From Candidatus Kaiserbacteria bacterium (GTDB taxonomy: Bacteria > Patescibacteriota > Minisyncoccia > Phycocordibacterales > Phycocordibacteraceae), in assembly GCA_027451665.1 (NCBI GenBank), contig DAIDIW010000002.1, positions 48,251 to 112,250 on the forward strand: a stretch of 64,000 nucleotides of DNA, written 5' to 3'. The notes under the pieces were generated by a model. The model had not been told where the DNA came from. It saw only the letters and a list, made by a program, of their open reading frames with translations, and made no database searches. Within the stretch, counting starts at the first letter, position 1. Every line of letters starts with the position of its first letter. The translations under genes and the position numbers were made by a program. Shown piece by piece: positions 18,909-28,874 of the stretch.

Positions 18909-20876
18909 CTACGGCGCGGGATTGCAGTCGTCGCAGATGCCGAGCCGTTCGAGCGCGTCGAGGTAATCGAGCGTCGTGTTCACGAACGCGGCATGGCTCC
19001 ACGCCAGCGGTGCGACCGAACGCTGCGTGCGTGTGTCGAAGTCGAGCTGTTCCGAGAGAACGCCGGAATCCTGTGCATGCGCAGCCACCCAGGCGAGAAT
19101 GGCACGGGCTGGTTCGAGATCGGCATCCTCTTTCGCGCGCGCGATGAGAAATTGCGCGTGCCAGAGGGTCGCGATGAACCAGGGATTCCCGCGCCCTCCG
19201 CTCCGGAAATACTGATCGCCTTCGTAGCGCATGAGGCCGCCAGCTGCTGTGAGACGCTGCGTGGTCGCGGTGAACGCATCGACGAGCCGCGGATCGTCCG
19301 GCGCGAGTACGCCGAACGCGAAGAGCCCGTATACGCTCGAGATATCAGGCGTCCGATCATAGACGGTCTTCTCCTCGAACGTCTCGATGAGCTTCACGAA
19401 TCCGCCTGCTTCTTCGGAAGCGAAATGCGCAAGGATCGCCTCGCGTATCTCTCGCGCAGCGCGTTCGTACTCCTGCGCGCGGTCTTCTTTCCCAAGCACG
19501 CGCGCGATCTCCGCAGTCGCCGTGAGCGCGCCGAACACCGCCGCAGAGGTGAAGGTGGAGATGCCGTGTTTCTCCTCCCAGAGATCGTAGGAGGCGTGGG
19601 GCAGCCCGGTCGCCGCGTCGCGGTAGCGCACCATGAAATCCGCCGCCTTTGCGATGAGCGGGTTATAAAGCTTCTCGATGAATTCGAGATCCTTGCTGTG
19701 CCGGTACTGTTCCGTGATCGTCCATACGACGAGCGCGGTCTCGTCCTCCTGGATCGGCAGCTGGAGTTCGCCGTCGCGAATCCAGGGATGCCACGAAGAG
19801 CCGAGCGAACGGTCCGGAAGATACTTGTGCATGAAATAGCCTTCGTCCGAGATGACTTTCTCGCAGAACGCAAAGAACCGCTCGGCGACGTTCGGATCGC
19901 CCGCGCGCAAGAGCGCGCGAGCCGCGAAGCTCGCGTCGCGCGGCCAGACGTAGGCGTAGGTGTCCTCATTGTATTGGAGCGTCTCCGCGTCTGCGCTCGC
20001 GATGATGCCGCCATCATCGTCGGCGTGCGCACGCACGAACATGAGCGACCTGCGGAAGAGGGCGGCAACCGCCGGTGAAAGGCCATGGAAATCCCAGTCG
20101 TACCGATGCACCCATGCCTTCCAGTAATCGCTCGTGGTCGTGAGGAGGTGCGTGGGGCTCTTGGCGAGCACGTAGGCATTGAGGGCTGTGGCTTCAGGGA
20201 TGCCTTCGGCGGCGGTGAGCCAATAGTGGACGGTGCCCGACGAGTCAGGCGCGAGCGCAAGGGTGAATCCCATGACCGAATCGACGGACCCGTGCTCGAC
20301 GGCGTTCTTCGAGAGCACCCCGTCTTCCGCATCGCGGAAGGTGCCATCCTTGCCGGCGATGCCGAATAAGCCGACGGCATACTCGTCGAATGGTGTCTCA
20401 CCCGCGCGACCGTTCGCGAGGAAGGCGCGGGCGCCCTTGTAGTGGATGAGGGAATGGCTCGCGGGGTCGAAGTAGGCGGTGTCGCCTCCCGGCGAATGGC
20501 TGATCTCGAACTCGTGACCGAGGAAGAGTTTCACCGTGCGCGGCTCATCGCGAAGATTGCGGATCTCGATCTTACGCACGAGTATAGGACGTTCATTGTA
20601 GACGACATCGGTAAACGATAGGCGTAGCCCGAGCGCCTCGTGTTCGGCGGTGATGCGGCTCTCGAGGGAATCCTCAGCACTGCCGACGCGCACGCGCCAG
20701 CGGGTATCTTCCGAGAGCCAGGAACAGCTTCCGTCGGCGTAGATGCCGATGCGGTGCCGCATCGCGCCGCCCGCATGATTCTCGAGTCCGACGTGAGGAA
20801 AATAAAGGTCGCGCACCTCGCCTCGGTCATCGAGCGTCACGAGGAGCGAACCGTTGCCGAGGATGAGCGATCTCAT
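18909..20876 (-). CDS. Glycoside hydrolase family 15 (glucoamylase-like)
   Basis: YVWPRD, QEDET, DLWEE, LSEQ, PLAWSHA. Confidence 0.92.
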   Translation of the reverse strand: MRSLILGNGSLLVTLDDRGEVRDLYFPHVGLENHAGGAMRHRIGIYADGSCSWLSEDTRWRVRVGSAEDSLESRITAEHEALGLRLSFTDVVYNERPILVRKIEIRNLRDEPRTVKLFLGHEFEISHSPGGDTAYFDPASHSLIHYKGARAFLANGRAGETPFDEYAVGLFGIAGKDGTFRDAEDGVLSKNAVEHGSVDSVMGFTLALAPDSSGTVHYWLTAAEGIPEATALNAYVLAKSPTHLLTTTSDYWKAWVHRYDWDFHGLSPAVAALFRRSLMFVRAHADDDGGIIASADAETLQYNEDTYAYVWPRDASFAARALLRAGDPNVAERFFAFCEKVISDEGYFMHKYLPDRSLGSSWHPWIRDGELQLPIQEDETALVVWTITEQYRHSKDLEFIEKLYNPLIAKAADFMVRYRDAATGLPHASYDLWEEKHGISTFTSAAVFGALTATAEIARVLGKEDRAQEYERAAREIREAILAHFASEEAGGFVKLIETFEEKTVYDRTPDISSVYGLFAFGVLAPDDPRLVDAFTATTQRLTAAGGLMRYEGDQYFRSGGRGNPWFIATLWHAQFLIARAKEDADLEPARAILAWVAAHAQDSGVLSEQLDFDTRTQRSVAPLAWSHAAFVNTTLDYLDALERLGICDDCNPAP

Positions 20877-20879
20877 GAG

Positions 20880-22157
20880 CTATACGCCGACTCCGACGGC
20901 CGCTTCGCGGGACGGCTGCGTACGCGCGGCGGTCGCGGATCCATGCGGGGACGTTTGCACGGAGGATTCGTTCACGCGCAGGCGCCACTCGAGATCCTTG
21001 AGCACATGCATGTAGATCTTATAGGCCTCATAGGGCGATCCATAGGGGGAGAAGTACGCATGTACGTCGCCGTCCGCAGACCACTTCGTGCACAGATAAT
21101 AGAAATGATCAGACGTCTGAAGCCGTCGCCAATCCTCGAGGAGCGACGCGTCCGAGGCCGCATGCACGCGCGCCTCGAGGCCGTAGAGCGTCCCGATCGC
21201 TGCTTGTTGCAGTTCGTTCCCGAGCCAGGCGGTGAGATCACGGTCGGTGTCGGCCCAGGTAGTCACGTGCGGTACGTCGATGACGCCGCGGTCTGGAAGT
21301 GCGGCGATAGCGCCGGATGGCGTCATGAACGTGATTTGCGGGTTCTTGAGCAGTTCGCCCGGAAGCGCCGAGAGGAAATCGAAGATTCCGGTATCTTCCC
21401 ATTGATGCTCGCCGAACGTTTCGTAATCCATAAAGAGATTCATGGTCTCGCCGTCGGCTGCGGAGAGCCACTGGCCAAATTTCTCCGTCGTAAGCGGCCA
21501 CTCGTTCCAGTCGCGCGAGGAGAAGCGGAAGGCGACATCATCTGAAAGCTTGTAGTTTTTGAGTAGGAGTTTCGTGCGGCGCGCGTTCATCGGGCGATAC
21601 ACATGATTCGGACTTCGTCCGCCGAGTACCGGATCCCACCCCTCGGCGAGAATGCCGAGATAACCGTGTTCGTCGGCCCACGCGCCGAGTGCGTTCGTAT
21701 ACGATAGTTCCGTATTGCGGAAGACGCGCGGCGACTGCTCGAAAAGCCGTTCGATCGTCTCGGCATGCATGCGTACTTGGCGCTCGAATTCGGGGCGCGA
21801 GTAGAAGAAAGAAAGCGAATGGTAGTACGTCTCGCCGAGGAATTCGACGCGCCTGCTCTTCGCGAACAAACGGAAGAGATCGATAACGTCCGGGGCATCG
21901 CGCTCGAGCTGCTCGAGCGCGATGCCCGAGATGGAAAGCGAGAATCGGAATTGCGGATAGCGCTCAAGCAGCGCGAGCAGACGCTGAGCGGTAGGCAGGT
22001 ATGACTTCGCTGCTACTTTTTGTAAGACGCGAGCATTATTCAGGTCGTTCTCTTCATCGCCGCCGAAATATGCGTGGTCGTGTCCGATATCGAAAAGGCC
22101 GTACCGCTTCACGCGGTAGGGCTGGTGCACTTGCAGGTAGATGCAGACGTTCTTCAT
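20880..22157 (-). CDS. Glycoside hydrolase family 57
   Basis: HQP, ETYYHSL, FRNTEL, DYETFGEHQW, LQTSDHFYY. Confidence 0.95.
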   Translation of the reverse strand: MKNVCIYLQVHQPYRVKRYGLFDIGHDHAYFGGDEENDLNNARVLQKVAAKSYLPTAQRLLALLERYPQFRFSLSISGIALEQLERDAPDVIDLFRLFAKSRRVEFLGETYYHSLSFFYSRPEFERQVRMHAETIERLFEQSPRVFRNTELSYTNALGAWADEHGYLGILAEGWDPVLGGRSPNHVYRPMNARRTKLLLKNYKLSDDVAFRFSSRDWNEWPLTTEKFGQWLSAADGETMNLFMDYETFGEHQWEDTGIFDFLSALPGELLKNPQITFMTPSGAIAALPDRGVIDVPHVTTWADTDRDLTAWLGNELQQAAIGTLYGLEARVHAASDASLLEDWRRLQTSDHFYYLCTKWSADGDVHAYFSPYGSPYEAYKIYMHVLKDLEWRLRVNESSVQTSPHGSATAARTQPSREAAVGVGV

Positions 22158-23476
22158 ATGCCCGACAGCGCGAGCTCGTCCATGATCGCGCGAATCTCGC
22201 TCGCGGCGCGATCCCAGGACAGCCGCGCGGCCGCGTTGTGTCCGCGCACGGCATGGGCTTCGCGTTCCTTAGGCCGTGCGGCGAGCACCTGCTCGATCGC
22301 CTGCGCGAGCGCATCGGCATCCCAGAAATCGACCTGTATCGCTTCGGGTACTGCTTCCGCGACACCGGACTGCTTCGAGATGATGACCGGCGTACCGAGG
22401 CGCATGGCCTCAAGGGCGGATATGCCGAACGGCTCCGAAACGCTCGGCATGACGTAGACGTCGGCAGACGCGTATGCTTCATGGAGATCGTGGTCGCGCA
22501 GGAAGCCTGGGAAGAGCACGCGGTTCCCGATGCCAAGACCCGCCGCTTGCCTCAGGAGTTGAGCTTCCATGTCGCCCGAACCTGCCATAACGAACAGCAC
22601 GTCCGGGTCCTTTGCTGCCACTTTTGCCGCGGCGTTCAGGAAGTGATCCGGACCTTTCTGGAGCGTGAGCCGGCCGGCGAACAATACAAGCGTATGACCA
22701 GCGCGAGTCAGCTGGGCGAGGCGTCCGGCACGCATTTCGTCATACGCAGGTGCCGTCTCGTCGTCTACACCGTTCCACACCGCGTGCGTCTTTTCTCTCG
22801 GAACGCCATAATGCTGTATGGCCATGTCTCTAGTGCGACGCGATACCGCGATCACCCGATCGGCGGCGTGCATGCCCTCGCGCTCGAGATCGTATACCGT
22901 TTGGTTCACGCGCCCGCCGCCCGAGCGATCGAATTCGGTCGCATGCACGTGCGAAATGAGCGGCTTCTTTGAGATGCCCTTCGCAGCCTTTCCCGCACCG
23001 AACGCGAGCCAGTCATGCGCGTAGATGATGTCATGTGGTTCTCGCTTTGCGATCTGCGCGCCCGCTTTCGCATACCGCTTCACCTGGCCGATCATGTCCT
23101 CGCCGTAGAGCGGCGTGCCGTCAGCTGCCGTTGCAGAAGGGTAGGCATACGTCACCTTCGCGCCTGCTTCCTCAAGCTCGGCAGCGACCATCTTGGCGTA
23201 GGGAACGGAGAGCGGGTACGCTTTCGGCAGGACGAACGTGATATCGACGTCTTGCCTCGAGAGCGCCCGCGTAAGGCCAAGAGAAGCGACACCCAAGCCG
23301 CCGCTGTTAAACGGGGGGAACTCCCAGCCGAAGATGAGCGCCCGCAGGCGACGCCTAGCGCCGTCTACAGCCGCGCGACCCGAGCGCGTATGCGTGAAAA
23401 CCGCACCAAGCAACGCTCCGGCGACGAAAAGCGAGAGGAAGAGTGCCAGAAGGTTAGCTATGAAAATAGTACTCAT
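22154..23476 (-). CDS. GT4 glycosyltransferase (glycogen synthase-like)
   Basis: WEFPPFNSGGLG, HDW, QKG, PSVSEPFGISALEA; extra N-terminal TM. Confidence 0.92.
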   Translation of the reverse strand: MSTIFIANLLALFLSLFVAGALLGAVFTHTRSGRAAVDGARRRLRALIFGWEFPPFNSGGLGVASLGLTRALSRQDVDITFVLPKAYPLSVPYAKMVAAELEEAGAKVTYAYPSATAADGTPLYGEDMIGQVKRYAKAGAQIAKREPHDIIYAHDWLAFGAGKAAKGISKKPLISHVHATEFDRSGGGRVNQTVYDLEREGMHAADRVIAVSRRTRDMAIQHYGVPREKTHAVWNGVDDETAPAYDEMRAGRLAQLTRAGHTLVLFAGRLTLQKGPDHFLNAAAKVAAKDPDVLFVMAGSGDMEAQLLRQAAGLGIGNRVLFPGFLRDHDLHEAYASADVYVMPSVSEPFGISALEAMRLGTPVIISKQSGVAEAVPEAIQVDFWDADALAQAIEQVLAARPKEREAHAVRGHNAAARLSWDRAASEIRAIMDELALSGI

Positions 23477-23552
23477 GGCCGACGAGCTATTTCCATCGTA
23501 ACACTGTGTACATGCTCGTAGTGCTAGAAATGCACAAGCTGTTGCACAAATA

Positions 23553-23580
23553 TTGACAATTTTCGCATGGCATGTATAGT
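23553..23580 (+). promoter_or_regulatory. Sigma70-like promoter
   Basis: TTGACA-N16-TATAGT upstream of an AGGAGG-led ORF. Confidence 0.55.
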
Positions 23581-23606
23581 ATTCTCAGAGTTTCCAGGAG
23601 GCAACC

Positions 23607-23816
23607 ATGTCGAAATGGTTCACACGCATACGTTCGTTATGTTTGATCAGCATGATTACGACCGGGGCCCCCTTGCTATCCCTGGCGTGCTTCTGCAGGG
23701 CTTTTCACTGTAGGGTCCCTGTGTCTGAACAGGGATACCTCGTCATCGCAATTGCCGTTATGACTATCTCGGCAATCTTATGGATGACGCTTGAGTGGAT
23801 CGCTCAACAATACTGA
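23607..23816 (+). CDS. Small 2-TM hypothetical protein
   Basis: AGGAGG RBS, own promoter, downstream hairpin at about 23827-23853. Confidence 0.55.
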   Translation: MSKWFTRIRSLCLISMITTGAPLLSLACFCRAFHCRVPVSEQGYLVIAIAVMTISAILWMTLEWIAQQY

Positions 23817-23865
23817 CGGGAACTAAGCCGGCTTCTGCGTAACAGGAGCCGGCTAAACATTTTAT

Positions 23866-24399
23866 TTATAGGTGGACCGTGAGGCTAAAGGTTCCGCGCC
23901 AGGGGAGGACCTCCTCGATGATTGGATGCGCGTAGCGCGCGTTACCGGGCGCCTCGACTGCGGTAGGGAGCTGGGAATCGTAACAGAGGAAGTCGAGCGC
24001 TTCGGGTGTTTCTTCGTGGCCCCACGAGCTTATCCAGTGTAAGTCGCCGTTCCCCCAGATGGAATCGATGACGAAGAGCGTCGGCTTATCCTCATGGATC
24101 GCTTCAACGAGGCGGTCCTTGAATTTCCGGCGCGTCCAGAAGTGCACGTCGGAATCGATGCCGAAGCGGCCAAGTATGTGCGGCATGAAATAGGGGAGCG
24201 AGATGTCGTGCTTGCGGAAGAGATCGTTCAGGTACAGCTTCTCGACTGCTGCGTCGTGCCCGAACGCACGCAACACTGCCTGTAGCTGGTAGGCGCCGCA
24301 CTGCTGATGGATATCCTCGGCCATCGGGAATATGTTCGGTTGCTTCGAGACGAGTACCATTGCGCGCACTATATCATATGGTGTCAAGGATTCTGACAT
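23866..24399 (-). CDS. Papain-like (C39-like) cysteine peptidase domain protein
   Basis: QQCGAY ... LHWIS ... CYDS gives a Cys/His/Asp triad in the expected order. Confidence 0.55.
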   Translation of the reverse strand: MSESLTPYDIVRAMVLVSKQPNIFPMAEDIHQQCGAYQLQAVLRAFGHDAAVEKLYLNDLFRKHDISLPYFMPHILGRFGIDSDVHFWTRRKFKDRLVEAIHEDKPTLFVIDSIWGNGDLHWISSWGHEETPEALDFLCYDSQLPTAVEAPGNARYAHPIIEEVLPWRGTFSLTVHL

Positions 24400-24473
24400 G
24401 GAAGCGCTATACACGGGCCTCCCAGGTGGTCATACGGATTCTGCTCGCCGCAGGGTATACTGCTTTCACCTTC

Positions 24474-25073
24474 ATGGTGCTCACGCATTTCATTGATTTC
24501 ATCGTGACGGGTTCCTTGCCGCACGTCTACCTTATTCCGGTTGCGATTATCGTCGGGACCTTCATCCTCGAGGACGCGACCACGTTGCTTGTCGGTGTGC
24601 TCGCCGCTGACGGGTCTATCGGGATTCCGCTCGCCATCATTTCGCTCTACGCCGGAATCATTCTCGGTGACTTTTGGCTTTATGGCATGGGCTATCTCGC
24701 TGCGAACCATAAGTGGGCGGTGCGTCTCGTGAATCATCACCGGTACGACCATATCCGGAGTTGGCTCGAAGAGCGGTTTGAAAGCGCGGTATTCACGAGC
24801 CGCTTCGTACCGGGTATGCGGCTGCCCACCTATACGGCCGCCGGTTTCCTGAAGCTTCCGTTCCGGCGGTTCGTGCCTCCTGTAGTCATCGGGACGCTCA
24901 TCTGGACATCTGCGTTCTTCGGAACGGCGTATCTTTTCGGTAATCTCACCGAACAGTGGCTCGGCGTGTGGCGATGGCCGCTCGCGTTCTCCCTCATCAT
25001 CGGCTGGTTCCTTTTCACTCAGTGGCGCATTCGCCGCAAGATGCGCGAGGAGGATCGAGAAAAGCAGCGGTAA
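24474..25073 (+). CDS. DedA/VTT-family membrane protein
   Basis: GDFWLYGMG, SRFVPGMR. Confidence 0.85.
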   Translation: MVLTHFIDFIVTGSLPHVYLIPVAIIVGTFILEDATTLLVGVLAADGSIGIPLAIISLYAGIILGDFWLYGMGYLAANHKWAVRLVNHHRYDHIRSWLEERFESAVFTSRFVPGMRLPTYTAAGFLKLPFRRFVPPVVIGTLIWTSAFFGTAYLFGNLTEQWLGVWRWPLAFSLIIGWFLFTQWRIRRKMREEDREKQR

Positions 25074-25098
25074 GCCTGAGATACGGTATACTGGCGGT

Positions 25099-25488
25099 AT
25101 GTTGCTGAATGTCTGTATAGCGAAATTGCATCGCGCGACCGTTACCGATGCCGACCTGAATTACATCGGCTCCATAACGATCGATGAGAAGCTACTGGAA
25201 GCTGCGGGTCTGCGGGAAGGGCAGATGGTACAGATCACGAACGCGAGCAACGCCGTGCTCTGGCGCACCTACATTCTGAAAGGGGAGCGCGGCAAGGGCC
25301 AGATTGTGCTGAACGGCCCGCCGGCCCGCCTATTCCAGAAGGGCGATAAGGTGGTCATCCTGGGCGAAGCCTGGGTCACGCCCGAGGAGGCGGACGCCAT
25401 GAAGGGTCCGACGGTCGTCTTCTTTACCGAACAGGGTCCGAATCCGAATGAGATCAGGGAAGTGAAGAGGGTTGAGCGTCCGGTCTAA
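25099..25488 (+). CDS. panD: Aspartate 1-decarboxylase
   Basis: KLHRATVT..LNYIG/SITID self-cleavage site, TY, LNGPPAR. Confidence 0.93.
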   Translation: MLLNVCIAKLHRATVTDADLNYIGSITIDEKLLEAAGLREGQMVQITNASNAVLWRTYILKGERGKGQIVLNGPPARLFQKGDKVVILGEAWVTPEEADAMKGPTVVFFTEQGPNPNEIREVKRVERPV

Positions 25489-25625
25489 TACCGGCTGGAA
25501 GCCGGCTGTGCAGCGGCTTCCAGCCGCGGCGTTTGCTTTTCCAACAATCCGGCGTAGAGTCAAATCCGGATGGCCTTTTAGGTAAAAGGCTGTATCGTGT
25601 AACTACACCTGCGAAGGGGAATGCA

Positions 25626-26720
25626 ATGCAAACGACTTGGCAACAGGAAAAGCTTGCGGATCCGGTCTTTGATCCGATCCGCTATCACGAGCAGATATTG
25701 CTCGCGACTACGTCAGATCCGTTCCTGCCGGCGTTCGTCCCTCCGCATCACGCTGCACTGGGGGTCGAATATAAAGCGGTGAGTGCCGCGCGTGGCACGA
25801 GCAGCATGAGCGGCAAGCGCATGATGGCGCTCTTCGCGTTCTTCGACGCGATCAAGGAGGGTCTTCTCGGCCCTGGAATGACCGGCGTTGAAGCGTCGAG
25901 CGGCAACACAGGCCCGGAGATGCAGATGGTCGCGATGCAACTTGGCATCACGTTCATCCTCATCCTGCAAAACTCCATGCCGCGTCCAAAGCTTGAGCGC
26001 GCAAGCGTTCTCGTGGATCGAAACGTACAAACCCTAAATGTCTCGGGCGGGGGCGCAAAGCTCGCGCGCGAGATGGGGAACGATGCGGATAAGCATAACT
26101 TCGATCAATATCGTGGCAATGCTAACGGGTGGAATGCAACAGCGCAGGGCACATTCCTCGCGCCACAAGTGTTCGCTGGCAATGAAGATGCTGCTGCGAT
26201 TGTCCTCGTTGGCGGTTCTTGGGGTACGGCGCTCGGCTTTCGTAACTACGTGAAAGCCCAGGGTCTCCGCACCAAGGTGGTGCCCGTGATTGCGGCAGGA
26301 CGTCAAGATATCTCTGGCGGGAAAAACATGGAACAGACCGAGCAGGACATTCTCGAGAGCGTGTTTCCGATTTTCCCGAAAGAGAGCATTCTGCGTTGCC
26401 CGCGCGATCAGGCCACACTGCTTTCGTGGTTATCGTGGCCGTACGTTGTGAGCCGCAAGCGCGGCGTACAGTTCATGTTCGGACAATCATTTGGTGCCAC
26501 GGTTCGTGGTGCGTATGAGTGGGTCGAAGCGCGTATCAAGGACGGCACGCTCGATAGCTATCGCAACGCTGAAGGCAAGGTTGTCGTGCTTACGTTCGGC
26601 ATGGACGACTTCCAAGGCTATACGAATATTTATCTAAGCGAACTTCCTGACTTCGTGCTCAATGGGTCGCGGGTACTTCCGTCTCTCGAAGAGCTGTTCC
26701 AGTTTGGTCGGGTAGTCTGA
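25626..26720 (+). CDS. Divergent fold-type II PLP enzyme (cysteine synthase-like)
   Basis: SGK (putative Schiff-base Lys), VEASSGNTG, FDQY..N. Confidence 0.7.
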   Translation: MQTTWQQEKLADPVFDPIRYHEQILLATTSDPFLPAFVPPHHAALGVEYKAVSAARGTSSMSGKRMMALFAFFDAIKEGLLGPGMTGVEASSGNTGPEMQMVAMQLGITFILILQNSMPRPKLERASVLVDRNVQTLNVSGGGAKLAREMGNDADKHNFDQYRGNANGWNATAQGTFLAPQVFAGNEDAAAIVLVGGSWGTALGFRNYVKAQGLRTKVVPVIAAGRQDISGGKNMEQTEQDILESVFPIFPKESILRCPRDQATLLSWLSWPYVVSRKRGVQFMFGQSFGATVRGAYEWVEARIKDGTLDSYRNAEGKVVVLTFGMDDFQGYTNIYLSELPDFVLNGSRVLPSLEELFQFGRVV

Positions 26721-26745
26721 CTTGTTCTTACCCGTTACTCAATAG

Positions 26746-26788
26746 ATAGATCCCCGGCGCCGTAAAGGCGGTCCGGGGATTCTTTTTA
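26746..26788 (+). terminator. Intrinsic terminator
   Basis: ATCCCCGG..CGCC/GGCG..CCGGGGAT followed by T-tract. Confidence 0.6.
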
Positions 26789-26897
26789 CGCACCGAGTGC
26801 GCAAACGCGTTCACGATGACGGTTATGTCGATGATTTCCTGAAGGCTGACAGTGATGACCAGCCGATTTTCTTACGTTGTATGATACGCTTCATCCC

Positions 26898-27395
26898 ATG
26901 AAGCGCTCATTCCCGCTCTATCTCGGCACCATCATCTTCGGCATCACTGACGGCATCGTCTCGACCGTGGGACTCCTCGCCGGTATCACGGTGGGCGGCG
27001 CATCCTCGCGCATCATCATCCTCACGGGGATGGTGTATGCCTTTGTTGAAGCGTTCTCGATGGCGGTAGGGAACTTCCTTTCCGAGGAATCATCAGAAGA
27101 ATATGTCGCGAAGGCTGACGTGGCTGATGGTTTGCCGATTCTTGTCGGCCTGCTCATGTTCATTGCGTTCGTGCTCGCATCGCTCATACCGCTCGTGCCG
27201 TATCTGCTGCTCTCGTCCGCTACCGCCCTGCCGGTTTCTATAGCCGTGTCCTTCGCCGCGCTCTTCGTTGCCGGTGCAGTGGGAGCGCGCCTCTCACGCC
27301 TCCCGCTCTTCTGGCGGGGCGTCCGCATGGCGCTCCTTGGCGGATTCGCGATATTGCTTGGTATCGTGATCGGCCGCCTGTTCCCCGGGGTCTAA
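26898..27395 (+). CDS. VIT1/CCC1-family Fe/Mn transporter
   Basis: FGITDGIVS, AFSMAVGNFLSEES, IPLVPY. Confidence 0.88.
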   Translation: MKRSFPLYLGTIIFGITDGIVSTVGLLAGITVGGASSRIIILTGMVYAFVEAFSMAVGNFLSEESSEEYVAKADVADGLPILVGLLMFIAFVLASLIPLVPYLLLSSATALPVSIAVSFAALFVAGAVGARLSRLPLFWRGVRMALLGGFAILLGIVIGRLFPGV

Positions 27396-27401
27396 GATTA
27401 A

Positions 27402-28214
27402 TTAAAGGAAGAGCCACGCGGCGAACACGAGCGAAAGGACGATACGGTACCAGCCGAAGCTCTTGAAAGAGTGGCTGCGTACATAGCCGAGAAACCAGCG
27501 CACGATCGGCATGGCCACGAGGAATGCGATGACGAATCCCACGCCAAGCGCGGTCCACTCGTGTGGGGTATAAGAGAACGCATGTGATTTATAGAGGGAA
27601 TAGAGGGTAGCGGCGAACATGGTAGGCACGGCAAGCAGGAAGGAAAATTCGACGATCGCCGGCCGCGAGATACCCATCGACATGCCGCCCACGATAGTGG
27701 CGCCGCTGCGGGAGACGCCCGGGATGATGGCGACCGCCTGCGCGAACCCAATGCCGACCGCTTGCGGATAGGAGATCTTGTCGAGCTCGGGCACTTCAAG
27801 GCCCGGAGCAGCCCCAGAGCCTTGATCCGCAGCCGCCGCATCTTCTCGCGAACCGTAGAACGATTCGAACGCGATGAGGATGATGCCGCCCACGAAGAGC
27901 GTCGCGAGCACGACGAGATCGCTCCCGAGCAGTTCCTTCACGAGGTGATAAGCGAGCAGTCCAATGATGCCGGTCGGGACGAATGCCGCGATGAGCTTTC
28001 CGATCCGATCCCAGTGCCAGAATTTCTCCCAGAAGACGATAACAACCGCGAGGATCGCGCCGAGTTGTATTGCGATATCAAAATTCTTCGCGAAGTCGGT
28101 CGCCGGGACGCCGAGCAGGGAAGAGGCGAGGATGAGGTGTCCGGTCGATGATACCGGGAGGAATTCCGTGAGCCCTTCAACCAGCCCGAGGATGACCGCA
28201 TGTAGGATAGTCAT
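27402..28214 (-). CDS. uppP: Undecaprenyl-diphosphate phosphatase
   Basis: VEGLTEFLPVSSTGH, PGVSRSGAT, EFSFLLAVP. Confidence 0.96.
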   Translation of the reverse strand: MTILHAVILGLVEGLTEFLPVSSTGHLILASSLLGVPATDFAKNFDIAIQLGAILAVVIVFWEKFWHWDRIGKLIAAFVPTGIIGLLAYHLVKELLGSDLVVLATLFVGGIILIAFESFYGSREDAAAADQGSGAAPGLEVPELDKISYPQAVGIGFAQAVAIIPGVSRSGATIVGGMSMGISRPAIVEFSFLLAVPTMFAATLYSLYKSHAFSYTPHEWTALGVGFVIAFLVAMPIVRWFLGYVRSHSFKSFGWYRIVLSLVFAAWLFL

Positions 28215-28232
28215 GACGGAATCGTAGCATGC

Positions 28233-28265
28233 AAAAAGACGGCTCTCGTGAGAGCCGTCTTTTTT
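28233..28265. terminator. Terminator after the rlpA-like gene
   Basis: AAAAAGACGGCTCTC-GT-GAGAGCCGTCTTTTT. Confidence 0.7.
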
Positions 28266-28662
28266 ACTTGCTTGCGACGACGATACTGACCTGCGCGGTT
28301 CCTTCGGTGAGGAACCGAAGATCCTGCGCAGCAGCCCGGGTGAGGTCGATGCGACGACCTTTCCGTACCATGGCTTCCGACGGCCCGAGATCATGCGAGA
28401 CGGTTCGCACTTTCTTACAATTCCGTAGATTCGTCACGATGAGCTCGGTTCCGAACGGGAAATCGACGGTCGCGGCAATGTGCGGATTGTTCGCATTGAA
28501 CCGCGTGCCGTCCGCCGTATGAGCATTACAACAGTCGTACCATGATGCCTGTGTAATGAGCGCACCGCGTGGCGGAGGACAGGACGTCTTCGTGACCGGA
28601 TCCGTGGCGAGAGCCGCCGGCACGCACACGAGTACGCCGAGTAGAATGAACAACGGTTTCAT
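28264..28662 (-). CDS. RlpA-like double-psi beta-barrel lytic transglycosylase
   Basis: Signal peptide; ASWY..TADG, PFGT, DLGP, RRIDLT. Confidence 0.82.
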   Translation of the reverse strand: MKPLFILLGVLVCVPAALATDPVTKTSCPPPRGALITQASWYDCCNAHTADGTRFNANNPHIAATVDFPFGTELIVTNLRNCKKVRTVSHDLGPSEAMVRKGRRIDLTRAAAQDLRFLTEGTAQVSIVVASK

Positions 28663-28809
28663 TTGCACCTCAATTCGTAGGTTTAGGGCGTCTTTTCATT
28701 AAGACGCATACCTGCAGGCTTTTCTTTCGCGCTCGCCGGAACCTCCATAAAACGGCTATTTTACAAGCTTTTATGAACAGCGCGCAGGCCTGTCAAGGTA
28801 TAATAACTA

Positions 28810-28838
28810 TTGACTTTTGTTTGTCAATGTGCTAGCGT
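28810..28838 (+). promoter_or_regulatory. Promoter for the 3D-domain gene
   Basis: TTGACT-N17-TAGCGT with TG extension; overlapping ATTGAC-N8-GTCAAT inverted repeat. Confidence 0.45.
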
Positions 28839-28874
28839 ATAACCACGGAAGCTAGCTTCCTCTAATCCAAATCG

